Below are positions 51,713 to 64,000 of a stretch of 64,000 bases of DNA, in pieces. The notes beneath the pieces were generated by a model. The model ran no database searches, was not told the DNA's origin, and saw only the letters and a list, made by a program, of their open reading frames with translations. The translations under genes were made by a program, and so were the position numbers. The stretch is from Sminthopsis crassicaudata (Eukaryota). Where the stretch lies: the NCBI RefSeq assembly GCF_048593235.1, contig NC_133618.1, positions 471,579,294 through 471,643,293 on the forward strand, written 5' to 3'. Numbering within the stretch: position 1 is the first letter of the stretch; each line of letters starts with the position of its first letter.

Positions 51713-54700
51713 TGCATCTAGTTTCTAAGAAACCTTACCTGAAAATGTCAGACTGCTTTTGGACAAAGTTCTGCCGGACAAGTTCACTTTCTGTATTCCA
51801 ACCCTGCAAGAAAGTAGCAAGACTCTCAAAGTCCCCACTCCCCTCTGCCTACAGGAATTCATACCCTAGAGAAATGGTTCTGGTTACTTACAATGAGCCC
51901 TTTTCCTTTCACCTGGGATATTTTTACAGCTCCTCAGAAAGAGTTCTTGTGGACACAGTGGAGAGAGCAGTGGTCAGGGAGATCTGAGTTTTCATCTGGC
52001 CTCAGAAACACACTGTGTCTCTGATCTTGGGCAAGTCACTTAATGATTGCCTCAGTTTGTGAGAGAAGAGTATTTAGTTTACTGTGCACTCTAGATTGTG
52101 GAAACCAAAATTCAAGGTTTCCAGATAAGGTCATGGAGAAATCACAGGGACAAAATTCCTACAAAAACTTTTAAGAGATGAATGTTGGCAATCTTTCAGT
52201 AATAAAATTATGAAGACAGAACCAGTAACAATTCTGCTGAGGAAGGAGACCTATCTTTAAAAGTCCAATGTAGGAGCAGCTACATAATATAATGGATAGA
52301 GTGCTGGCCCTGTCCTTAGGAGGATCTGCTTTCAAATTCAGCCTCAGATTCTTAATATTTTCTAGCTGTGTGACCCTGGGCAAGTCACTTAACACCACTT
52401 GCCTCAGGGAAAAAAAAACAAACCAAAAAAAAGTGTGAATGTGAAGGAACTCTACAGGCAATTTATATTTTTGAAAATTAATGCATAAAATATTGAAGAA
52501 AAGAGATAAATGAAGAGAAATACAAGTGAATACTGGTCTGTGAGATGTGTTTTGGGAACACTCAGAATATTAAGGACAATAAAAATGGTTGAATAAGGTG
52601 TGGTCTCACAGCTTCATGGGGATTCCCTTAATAATAATGGATAGAAAGCAGAATTACTAAGCTCTCTCTTTTTTTTTTTTTTTTTTTAATGAGAAGAAAA
52701 AGATGTATGAGTGGACAGAACAGAAGGCCTCAAGATTCTGGTCTATGCTTGAGAATCAGTCAAAAACTGGGTTCATTCTCAAATGACACAGAAGGGGCAG
52801 ACTCTCAAGGTACAAGAGCTGGGCATACACTGGCATGGGATGAGAATGGAGAAGCCTTCCCATGCCTATGGATTGTTGTTAGCAACACGTAAGTAGCATG
52901 GGCCCTGAGAAGTGCTGTGGGCCATTGCTTTGGGTCTCCTATGTAGACTGTTGTGGTGGGGGAGATGCTCTGAATTGTGCACCCTGGGCTTTAGTTCATT
53001 AACATATCCATATCACCTCAACAACAACTTTGGGTGTCTGGAGCTCATGGGAGGCTCAGAAACCATCCATAATTCTCAGGCTCCAAAGCTTAGACTCAGT
53101 CTAACTGTCTTCTCTGGGTTTAGTTCATGTCTCAGGAGCTGTTTTTAGACAATTATGAGACAGTTAGTTAGTATATTTTATCATGTTCTTTTGATATATG
53201 GGGCAGCCTATCATGACTTCCAGGTTCCCCTTTGCAATCTTACTTCCTGCTTTTGTGTACTGCCCCCTTATAAATTAATTATTCTAACTAGAAGTGTGAG
53301 GAAAATGTTCAAAGGGACTGAAACAAAATACAATTTTTTTTTTTTTATGGCTGGATGGCAGTTTATTAAAAAGAGATCTTGCACTTGGAGTTGTTCAACA
53401 TTCATCATTCATGTGAAATCACAGACAATCAGCTTATTAAATCTTGTTAGAAGATGAGCCTTGAACTCAGGAAGACACATGTTACCTGTTTAACTCTGGG
53501 CAAGTGACTAAAACTCTCAGTAGCTCTAAATTTCTTTTTTTTTTTTTTTTATTAATAGTTTTTATTTACCAGATATATGCATGGGTAATTTTACAACATT
53601 GACAAATGCCAAACCTTTTGGTCTACAAAATACAATTTTAATGTAGCTGTGATCTAACTGGAATCCTTTTTAATGCTGGGGCAGGAGTTTTGCCATTTCT
53701 TTCTTAACCTTATCATATATTGGATGCATTATCTTTCTTTTTTTCCTGGACTTGAGAATTCAGGAAAGTGTGAAGCACCTGGTGAGGAACTCCCTCTACT
53801 AATTGAGTGATATCTCAGTCACTTAGGTAGAGAGAGTAGTCTGAGGCAGGTGACTTGCCCTGTGGGCCTAGAAGTCCACACAAACACATTTGCCAGGAGG
53901 AAGCCTTGATTCAAAGTTGCCCAGAGGAAACTTCTGTCAGTTGCAACATGCTGCTTCCTATAGGACAATGGCTGTTAATCATGATATTTCCCAAGAGCAC
54001 TAATTGTGGTAAAACTGATAGGAGGAAACATTCCAACTTAATTTTATGTAGGATGCTCATTATTTTAGTCAGTTTTTAGTGTGGATCCAGTTGGAGTGGT
54101 ATTTCAAGAGAAATGTAAGATCTTTATAGCTCAAGAGTACATGCCTACCTCTCTAAATTGGACTTTTCTCATTTAGCTATTTAGTACAGAGGCAGAGATG
54201 ACATTTGTTTATAAACCTAGTGGAAACTTACTGAAATGACATCAGAGTTGTAGCACTACTTTTCTTTTTAAACCAATTAAAGCTTTTCTTTTTAAACCAA
54301 TTATCTGTCTGTCACCAAGCACATACTAGATGCTAAATAAATATCAAATGATCTGTGTGGACTCATGATTATTATAAGAAAGGATTAAAAATATTATGCA
54401 GACTTTACTATTACTTAATTTGCTATAGTGATGAGAGAGACAGATTCTTGTAATGTGGTAAATGTCATTTGTGTGAGAGAGACTGAGGTGCAAATCAGTG
54501 GCAAAAGAAATATTGTCTTCTTGGAGGAGACTAGGAAGCAGGGACCTGAAAGAAAGTGGCTGGTTGACATATAGAGGATAGCTGGTACTTGCATGTGGGT
54601 AATACCCAATTATGGAATACGAATCTTCCTTTCTTCAAACAAAGTTGTATTGGAGTACTGTTAATCAGTTCAGATCCCAGTAATGCTAATCTTCTGGCTT

Positions 54701-55278
54701 CCATTTAGTAACACTGAGAATGTTGTGGTCATCTCTTGGCTAAGATACTCTAATAAACAATGAAGCTCAGTATATCTATACTGCTTTCTCATTCAGAAAA
54801 ATTTTCAGGATTTTCATATGCTGGATATCAAGCCTTCTAGCTGGAACTCAGGGAAAAAAGAAAACCCCCATTGCTGTTAAAATAATATGTTGTAGGGACA
54901 GCTGAGTCGTATAGTAGTTGATGCACTGGCTCTGGAGTGAAAAGGACCTGAGTTCAAATGTAGCCTTAGACACTTAATACTTCCTAGTTGTGTGACCCTG
55001 GGCTACTCACTTAACCCCAATCACCTCACCCCAAAAATAGAACAAAAAAATAAAAAATAAAATATTTGCTTTATTACACAGAATGCTAGCATAGCTCATA
55101 TCTGGATCCACATTGGTAGCAAACCAAGAAGAAGCAGGTGTGAAAGTCTTTTGTTAGGCTGACAAAACTTGGTCTCAGATCTTGGAGTCTTATCTCACTG
55201 CTGCTGACTGCTAACAGAAGAGGATTTCTTCTTCTATGGGCCCAGAACACAGATCCAGGGAACGATCTCTCCATCCGC

Positions 55279-58200
55279 TTACAGAAGAGGATAGACGGAA
55301 TCAGAAGCAATACCACAGTGGTTGTTCCCGGTCCTTGCAATACGCATGTAGCCATTTTCACCCCAGGCCTCACCAAAGCTGAAAGCAAAGAGAACTGAAT
55401 TATTACCTGGGCAGCTATTAAGAGAATCCACCTTGCAAATGAAAGTGTATGTTTTGTACTTTGTCTTCATTTCTGAGAGTATAATGACAGTGAGCCTAAG
55501 GCATCCACAGAAAAAACAGGATTTGGATATCCTGAGCCACATGGCTATTGGAATATTGGCTCAATCCCCAAATGCAACTGAGGTAGGTGAAAGAGGAATT
55601 TGTTGTCAAGGCTCAGAAGGAATCAATGCCAGATTGTGAAACACAGCAAGTGGTAAAAAGCCGGCTCTGTTAAAGAGCTAAGACACTCTGCTTTTCATGG
55701 ACCAAGTGGAGAAAACAAATCCCAGTGGATGTCCAGGTTCTTAAATCTAGGTAAACTCCACTGAATACAAGAGTCCTCAAAGCTCTTCCCTCCTTCACAA
55801 GGCAGTTCTACAGCTTTGTCATGTTCCTCCTTCCATACCTATTTTTAATAATCCAATATTTCCTGCCTCCAAATTGGCCTTGGCCATTTAACTTATCTAA
55901 AATACAATAGTTTTCTTCTGATTGAATAAACTTATTAATGGATTCTTCTTCTCCATATCCAACCAACACGACAGCATGGTTCAAATAATTCGGGTCACAA
56001 CGTGGTTCAGTGAAGAGTCCTAGAGAAGGAAAGAAAAGAGCACTTTGGGTGAGTTTGGTGGCTTATTGGAAAGGGGACAGGGCTTGTGTTAGGAGGTCCT
56101 AAGTGCAAAGAGATCCTTCCTAGCTGTGAGATGTTGGTCAAGTCACTTGTTTCTGTTTGCCTAAGTTCCCTCTTTTTAATATGGGAATGATACTAGTATT
56201 CATCTTCCTGAGATTTTGGAAGAATGAAATGGAAGATAATTCTTATAGAGAGCACTTAGCATAGCCCCTGAGATCCATTCAACCTTGTATTATTTATTTA
56301 GCTCAATCTTCCACAGTTGAGCCTTTTCTTTTTGGACACCATATCTGACTGACACCAAGTCTGTCTGATGGCTCACCTCCTCGATAGAAACGGAAGGAGT
56401 ATGTGGCATGCATCGCCACGGACAATGGCCCCACGGTTGCCACAGCTTCCATCAGGGCTTTTTCATCTCCAGGGGGGAGCTTTTTATAACCTCTCATTGT
56501 AAGATGTGGACATCTAGATGTGGAGTAGCACCACTCATTTTTCTGAAAGAGATAATCACATGGAGGAAGTCAGCAAAGGTTGGGGATGAACAGATGAACA
56601 TCATTTCCAGGAATCTGAGGAAAGCTCAAGTATCTAATGACATTTTTACAGAGAGATGGACCCAGCTGGGCTTTCTTTCTTTCTTTTTTTTTTTTTTAAT
56701 TTTTATTTTATTTTATAATTATAACATTTTTTTGACAGTACATATGCATGGGTAATTTTTTACAACATTATCCCTTACACTTACTTCTATTCAGATTTTT
56801 TCCCTTCCTTCCCCAACCCCCTCCCCCAGATGGCAAGCAGTCTTATATATGTTAAATATATTACAGTATATGGGCTTGCTTTCTTAACCAGCAGGTTTGT
56901 GTCTCGATAGGGGGCCCTGGAAGATGTGGCATCCAACCCTTGGTGTGCAAAGGGTAAAAGCGTAAAGGTTGCCATTCTTTCAGAGTGGTGAGGACTTCCA
57001 CCACATGCTGAGCCCTCCCATAATACAGAGGAGGAGAAGAGATCTCAAACCCCACTTTTATTCACACTAGAAGCTTGCCAAGTCAGCAGACAGCATGGAA
57101 GCCTAAGGGTTTCTGGCTGTTGTACCCTTGGGGAAAAGGCATTTTAAGGCAATCCATATATTAGAGGGACTTCCAAATGCCTGGTTTGTTCACTGCAAAC
57201 TTGCATGCATTTTATGAAAAAGAAAGGCATAGTCACTGTCTTAGTCAAATTTTCTGCTGGTTTCTCTGATGGTTGTTGCCATTGTTGCCGTTAGGTGCTA
57301 CATGAACATGCTTAAATTATAGAAAATGTCCCTTCCTTCAGTGCAGCTCCCTTGCTCATTGGGACATCAGCTCTCCGAGGTCATGGTCCTCTTGGACATG
57401 GAAGGACAAACAAGCTCATCCCTTCCACAAACCTTTTCTTGGTTTCAGGAGCAAGTGGTTTCCCTTGGCCTTATGCCCAAGGAGCCAGCTGGATTTGCCT
57501 TTACCCAGCCTTGACCAGAGGGGCCAGCCCCGTGTCCAGGACAGAAGGTTTCCTCATGTACCTGGTTCTGGTATGGGTAGCAGAACTCAGTGGTAAGGCC
57601 TCCCTGTTCTATGAGGTAATCGTAGGCCGCGGTGACGAATCCCCCAACACAGCTACTTCCTGCTGTACAGTCTACTAGCTGCTGTTTGCTCAGTTGCACA
57701 TTTTTGCCTGTTGTGCGGAAGAGCTGGCCTTCCAGAGCTCCAGCTGCTGAGAAGGCCCAGCAGGAGCCACAGGTACCCTGAAAGAAGAGATAGCATTCAC
57801 TGAGCCTTGTGCTTAAGCTCCTGAGGGGCTCAGTGAGTGCAAGCCTCTGACCATGACAGGAGAGGTCTCCATTGGTTGCTAGACAAAAGAATCAGGGAGA
57901 AGCACTTAACATTCTGGTAAGAGTTCTGGTTTTCTGTCCCCTGAGAAGGACTTTGGGACTTCTGCTCCATGGCTCATCACTTAGTGGGAAGGAGACATGG
58001 CCAGGATCGGGGCCCGTGCCAAGTCCCTTGAAGTCTCCCTATTTTCTGGCCCAGTTTCTTGCAGGTTTAAAGGTGGCAGCTCTGAATGGAAATATGCTCA
58101 ATAAAGCAGAGTTCAAGAAGAAACCCTGGAAGGGGGGAAATACCTGTTGTACCACGGGTGTTAAAAAGCCACGCTTCCTCCAGTCTACTGATCTGGGAAT

Positions 58201-60664
58201 GTCACCTAAAGGTGAGTTACAGTGGGTTTTGCCATTTTTTCCTGTCCTCGGTGTCATGGGCCGGCTCATCATGAGGTTGAATTCCTCATCAGTCTGAAAG
58301 AATGAAACAATTGCACAGAATGGGTGTCCTTTTTTCAGAGAAAGATAATTGGGGGGATGACCCATCTCCCCTGAACCCCCTGGCCAATACTGGCTGCATC
58401 TTCCCTCATTCTTCCCAACTCATTGGCTGGGGCACAGGAGTTGGAATACTTTTGACGCCCCAGTTTTTTTCTCTATTTTTCTTCCCATGTTATGGGCCAG
58501 CACTCTGAAACAAGGATTCTTAGAAGATGTTAAGGCAGTGGAATTGATGAGTCAATGGTTGTCTAGTTTAGCATGGTGATTAATAGTTCTCCAAGTTCAG
58601 CATGATTGATTTAATCTTATAACAAATAATGGTTTCTTAGTGATATAATAATTGGTTTATACTCAGTGCAGAGAATATAAGCTGAGCCAAACTTAGCCAA
58701 AGGAGGCAGAGACAGATTCGTTCCATTATTCAAGTTTGTATTGGCTGGAGGCTGAAGCACAAAAACTTGGGAGTCAGACTCACTTCATCTCACATCACCT
58801 TAGTAGCCTATATTCCTGCATTTCCTCCACTGGGACCAAGCTAGCATGGCCCCAGGCAAAGAGACAATAAAGATTTTGGACTTTAAAACCTGGCTATTCT
58901 TTTGGTAAATACCAAAATACTCTACTGAAAAGAAGGCTGCTTGAAGACCTCCAAGACATGGGAAAGAGAACACTACATTCTTCCTCCATTGGGGAACTTC
59001 TCTTCCTTTGAGGCTGCTGCTATTCACAGCTACCATCCACTGAAAATGCTGGTAATTTTTTTATGTACAAACTATACCTCTAAATCATTCTGCTTCATTC
59101 TGTGATCAGTTTGATACCTGGCTTACAGTTTGACTCCCCTCTACAACTGCTGCCCCAACTAAGGGACTTCTATGTCCTTATGGAGGTTTCCTCCAGTTCC
59201 TTAATCACTCACTTCCTCCACCTCCTCCCCTTTTATGAGGTGCTCCTCCATTGATATCAGTCTCACACTAAGATGATCATATCCTCAGTTTTGCCATCTC
59301 CCACCCCTGAGCCCTTTTATGTTTCAGAATTCTTAAAACCAATTATACAACCATCATCCAAAGTCTTCTGTCCTGTCCTTCTGGGTTCTCTTACATAACC
59401 CTATTCTTCATCCTTAGCATGACCTCCAATCCTTTAACACCTCAGTTCTCTTCCAGGTTACCTTCTCTGGGGGCCTTCCCCATTACAGTGGAAGTTTTTG
59501 AAGGCAGGGCCTATCTTATTGTCTCTTTGTTACCCTAGGTAATTTAGTGAGCTAAAAGCACACTGCCTGGCACATAATAGATGCGTGATAAAAATGTATT
59601 GAATTAATGAATTTATCACACTTACCTTGTCCCCAAAAGCATTCATTTCTAGGTAGTAACTCTGATTCCCCACATTATACTGGTGATTGTGCTCCTTAAT
59701 CAACTTCAAGTTCTGCTCCCATATTTTTCTCCTAAAAGGATCCTCTTCCTATGAGAAAATTGAGAACCAAAGAGGTAATGGTAATAGAGAGATGGCCATG
59801 AGTTCTCTGCCTTAGAGTTGCAAGTTTACTGTCATATTTCCATGACTTTCAAAGCATGGGTATTTACCACTGGGAACATAAATTGTCTCTTCAACAACAA
59901 GTTAAAATTTAGTCACTTTCCATTTCCTTCCCTTTCCTGCAATATACAATTCTGTGATGTGGAATTAGCTACCTTAAATGAGGAAGTACCTCAGGGGTTG
60001 ATTTAATCCAATCCATACCTAAATAGTCTTCTCTAAAATCTTTTTTTACCTCTGGATGGTACTCGATCGATCCATTTAATACATTCAAGCCACTTTGCAA
60101 TAACATCCATTGCTAGGTAATTTCTCCTTATTATGATCTCAGATCTATTCATTCCAAGCAGTTTTCTAAAGTTTACATTGTAGAAAAAAGTAACTAAGCT
60201 GAATAAACTTTATTGCCTTCCTATAAGTGCATGTACTAGAAGTCACCCATGGTAGTTATAACTGTAATTCTTTTGACTTTCAGTTTCCAAGTAACTTCAA
60301 CTAAACAGCATTTGTTAGTGTTTCAATTTTCTCATCTTTGTTGTAGCCATCTCATGGCCAAATTTCCTTTTTGTCCAGGTGATTTCTCCTATTGGTTGCC
60401 AAAAAACTGAACTCAGTGCTGCAAAGAGAGGTCTCAGTAGGGTAGAGTTCAGAGGAACTATCCCCTCCCTTGGATCTTTGAGGTATGCACATTTCCATGT
60501 ATTACATACAGATTCTCACAAAATAGATGAACACTTACCTTAGTATAATTCCTCCCATAGGTGGACTTAAACAGTTCCCATTCTGTGTCCAGCTTTGTGT
60601 TTCTTGTTGGAAGACAATATGAAAGTCCCAAGAAAAGGGAAACAAGACAAAAGAATAGTCTCAT
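55279..60664 (-). CDS. Cathepsin L/S/K-like preproprotease, copy D
   Basis: Exons 60664-60539, 59748-59626, 58293-58144, 57777-57562, 56542-56377, 56019-55839, 55378-55279; no coding difference seen. Confidence 0.95.
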
Positions 60665-62753
60665 GGTGGCTATCTTTGGTGCTAACAGAATGTTCAGAGA
60701 CTCTTCTGACTGCTGCAGCCTATTTCAAAAACATTCAACATTTGTTTTATACAAGTGTCTTACCTTACCTGGACAATATATCAAAAACTCTTTCCTTCTT
60801 CCCACTCCTCTCCAATATCTTTGGATAATTAAGTCAGTGATAAGGAGACTAATGTTTTATTCACTTGTAGGTCAAAGAAGTTGAGAGTAAATTTAGAGTG
60901 AACACTAGATATGATGGATATTGAGGATATGTTTGTAGTTGTTGCCTATAAATGTGTGGTCACTTTTCCTCTCTTTCCCCACTCTTTTTTCCTCTTTAGG
61001 CTTAGTATGTCTGCTATATTCGTAGACATTTACTCATAATTTTACAGACCTTTCTGCATACTATAGTCTCTTATTAGTAAACTTTTTTCATTGAGTAATA
61101 TAACGGATGAAAACTAAAAGCTTAGAACCCTGTGAAATTCTTTCCCAAATACATGCCTGATTTTTTTCTGCTCTGCATTTTGACTCATGTCCCCATACAT
61201 GAGCCTCACTGGAAAGAGAAGATCCCAAACTTTCCTTAACTCACCTGTAGAAGAAGATGCAGTCACAATGGAAAAGAGAGAATGGTTTTTCAGCAATGTT
61301 GAGAAGTCTGCTTTTCTCTCTGCACAAAACTGTGAGTTTAGCTCCTTGTGTTTTCCTGATCCAGTATTTATATGTGATTTTTCTTCCCTAACCTGCCTGA
61401 AGGCTGTGTATCCTATCTTAAGATCTCGCTTGCTCTTGGTTTAATACTTGAGGCATTAGGAAGAAGTTGGGGAGAAAAATCAAACTTGCTTATCTTTGCC
61501 AAGCCTCAAGACATTTTAGATAAAATTACTGATTTGATTATTGAGGGCAATTATGAAAATTTATAGGTAAATGGCCTAGGAAATCCAAAGAGAACCGGAG
61601 GTATAAACTCCTCTTGGAATCCAGGTCATGGAGGTAACTTTAAAAGTGCTTCTGTCCCAGAAGTTTGCATGCTTAGCTATGGACCCCCTAAGCAGTGACT
61701 GCCATGATTTCCCTCTTCTCCATTGATTCATTTCAGTGCATGACTGAGAATTATACCCCTTTCTTTTGTGACAGACCAAGTGTAGTGGCTTTTATCTTAG
61801 GGATATTAGAAGGCCAGGAATGGAAACAAAGATCTTCTGATTTCAGAAGGATCCCCATCCAGGGCAGGTAACCGTCATTTGGAGGTTCTTAGCCACTTTG
61901 AGTAATCCCTTTCATAAGAAAGATGCAATGGTATCCACATATGAAACTTGGTCTGTAGTAATTTCATTTCTTTCTTTGCTTTGCTATCACTGTTGTGAGA
62001 ATGAGAAGCTGATGGAAATGCTAAGTATCTAAGTACATGAATGGTCTTTAAGGCCAGTTGGTCAGAGTTGAAAATGGCCCCTGTAGGGCTTGTGTGAGTT
62101 TCTTTTTAGGCAGTTGTCCACAGGGAACAGAATTACAGAATGGGGTTTCCCAACCATCCAGGTAGAGGGGCTTTGACATGTGGCATATATAATGCAGCGT
62201 CCCATTCAGTGAGGTGAAGGAAATTTGGTTCCTGCTAAACATTGCAAAATGAGGGTCCCCAGCAAGTTGAAGAGTATCCTCACCATGTGGGAGATAACCT
62301 GTGCTTCCTTCTATAAATGCCCATTACAGACTACCTCCTTTGAACAGTTTCCTGATATTGTTTGATTCCCTCTGCTTTCCCAGCAATAAAGGCACTTCTT
62401 TTGAGAAATGAGTCCAGGCTCCTGGTAATATTTATAGAACAAACACACTTGGCATCTCTTTGCAAGGGCTGTGAAATGCTCTTTTGCATTTGAAAACTCT
62501 TGTTGCACCAGTTATAATGGGAGAGGTTGAAAATATCAATCCAGTGTCAGTCAAGATATAGGAATATCCAGTTGTAATGATTATGGGATTGTATTAACTT
62601 TCTGTGAGTAAGGCAGTGATGCCTGCTGAAACAGCTCAATCATTATCACCCTAAGCCATGATCTCCCACCTCCCAGAAGTTGCTTGTATTATAAATTTGC
62701 AGCAACATAGGAGGGGAGAAGGATGCTTGCAGAGAGTTTTGCATCTAGTTTCT

Positions 62754-63765
62754 TCTTTTTAAAAAAAATTAATTTAATTTATTTATTTTTGACAGTACAT
62801 ATGCATGGGTAATTTTTTTTTTTTTTTACAACATTAACCCTTGTATTTACTTTTCCAAATTTTCCCGTCCCTTCCTCTACTCCCTCCCCTAGATGACAGG
62901 CAATCCCATACATGTTAAATATGTTACAGTATGTCCTAGATACAATATATGTGTGTAAAAATAAATTTCTTGTTGCACGATAAGAATTGGATTCCAAAGG
63001 TATAAGTAACCTGGGTAGAAAGACAATAGTGCAAACAGTTTACACTCAATTCCCAGTGTTCCTTCTCTGGGTGTAGCTGTTTCTGTCCATCATTGATCAA
63101 CTGGAACTGAATTAGATCTTCTCTATGTTGAAGATACCCACTTCCCTTAGAATATATCTTCATACAATATCCTTGTTGAAGTGTATAGTGATCTCCTGGT
63201 TCTGCTCATTTTACACAGCATCAATGTAAGTCTCTGCAGGCCTCTCTGTATTCCTCCTGCTGGTCATTTCTTACAGAACAATAATATTCCATAACGTTCA
63301 TATACCATAATTTACCCAACCATTCTCCAATTGATGGGCATCCATTCATTTTCCAGTTACTATCCACTACAAAAAGGGCTGCCACAAACATTTTGGCACA
63401 CACAGGTCCCTTTCCCTTCTTTAGTATTTCTTTAGTATATAAGCCCAGTAGTAGCACTGCTGGATCAAAGGGTATGCACAGTTTGATAACTTTTTGGGCA
63501 GAGTTCCAAATTGCTCTCCACAATGGCCGGATTCTTTCACAACTCCACCAACAATGCATTAGTGTCCCAGTTTTCCCACATCCCCTCAACATTCATCATT
63601 ATTTGTTCCTGTCATCTTAGCCAATCTGACAGGTGTGTAGTGGTATCTCAGAGTTGTCTTAATTCGCATTTCTCTTGATTAGTAGTGATTTGGAACACTT
63701 TTCATATGAGTGGAAATAGTTGCAATTTTATCATCTGAAAATTGTCTGTTCATATCCTTTGACCA
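62754..63765 (-). mobile_element. Same L1 fragment, unit 5
   Basis: ORF 63221..63592 and the same TSD. Confidence 0.95.
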
Positions 63766-64000
63766 TGCATCTAGTTTCTAAGAAACCTTACCTGAAAATG
63801 TCAGACTGCTTTTGGACAAAGTTCTGCCGGACAAGTTCACTTTCTGTATTCCAACCCTGCAAGAAAGTAGCAAGACTCTCAAAGTCCCCACTCCCCTCTG
63901 CCTACAGGAATTCATACCCTAGAGAAATGGTTCTGGTTACTTACAATGAGCCCTTTTCCTTTCACCTGGGATATTTTTACAGCTCCTCAGAAAGAGTTCT

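Larger units (their letters stand above)
10355..64000. repeat. Tandem segmental array of ~12.05 kb units (4 full units plus a partial fifth, continuing past the window end)
   Basis: ORF track and sequence recur at offsets 12062, 12053, 12272, 12053. Homology starts at tcaccttagtagcc at 10355, 22417, 34470, 46742, 58795. Units differ by a few SNVs, homopolymer lengths and one ~221 bp net insertion. Confidence 0.98.

Overview
Eukaryotic DNA, most likely an Australian marsupial, inferred from WSINE1-type SINEs, marsupial-type L1 tails and MIR/L2 relics. From 10355 to the window end lies a tandem array of near-identical ~12.05 kb units starting at 10355, 22417, 34470, 46742 and 58795 (the last one partial). 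Splicing by hand gives four complete, identical minus-strand 7-coding-exon genes for a 353-aa papain-family (C1A) preprocathepsin of the L/S/K subfamily, plus an orphan copy at the left edge with only the promoter and exons 1-2. Each complete gene straddles a unit junction. The protein keeps the catalytic Gln/Cys/His/Asn but is unusual: a ~25-aa insertion between His and Asn, NSW changed to NSF, Asp at the predicted base of the S2 pocket, and extra cysteines. I do not recognise it as a CTSL, CTSS or CTSK orthologue. The units also carry a truncated L1, an L1 3' transduction, SINEs and an LTR-like element at the junction; unit 3 alone has a locally templated inverted insertion. The unique first 10.3 kb holds a CpG-island promoter, candidate orphan exons, an ERV LTR with PBS, and a hAT fossil with a nested SINE and solo LTR. 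All comparisons were made by eye; no database search was run.
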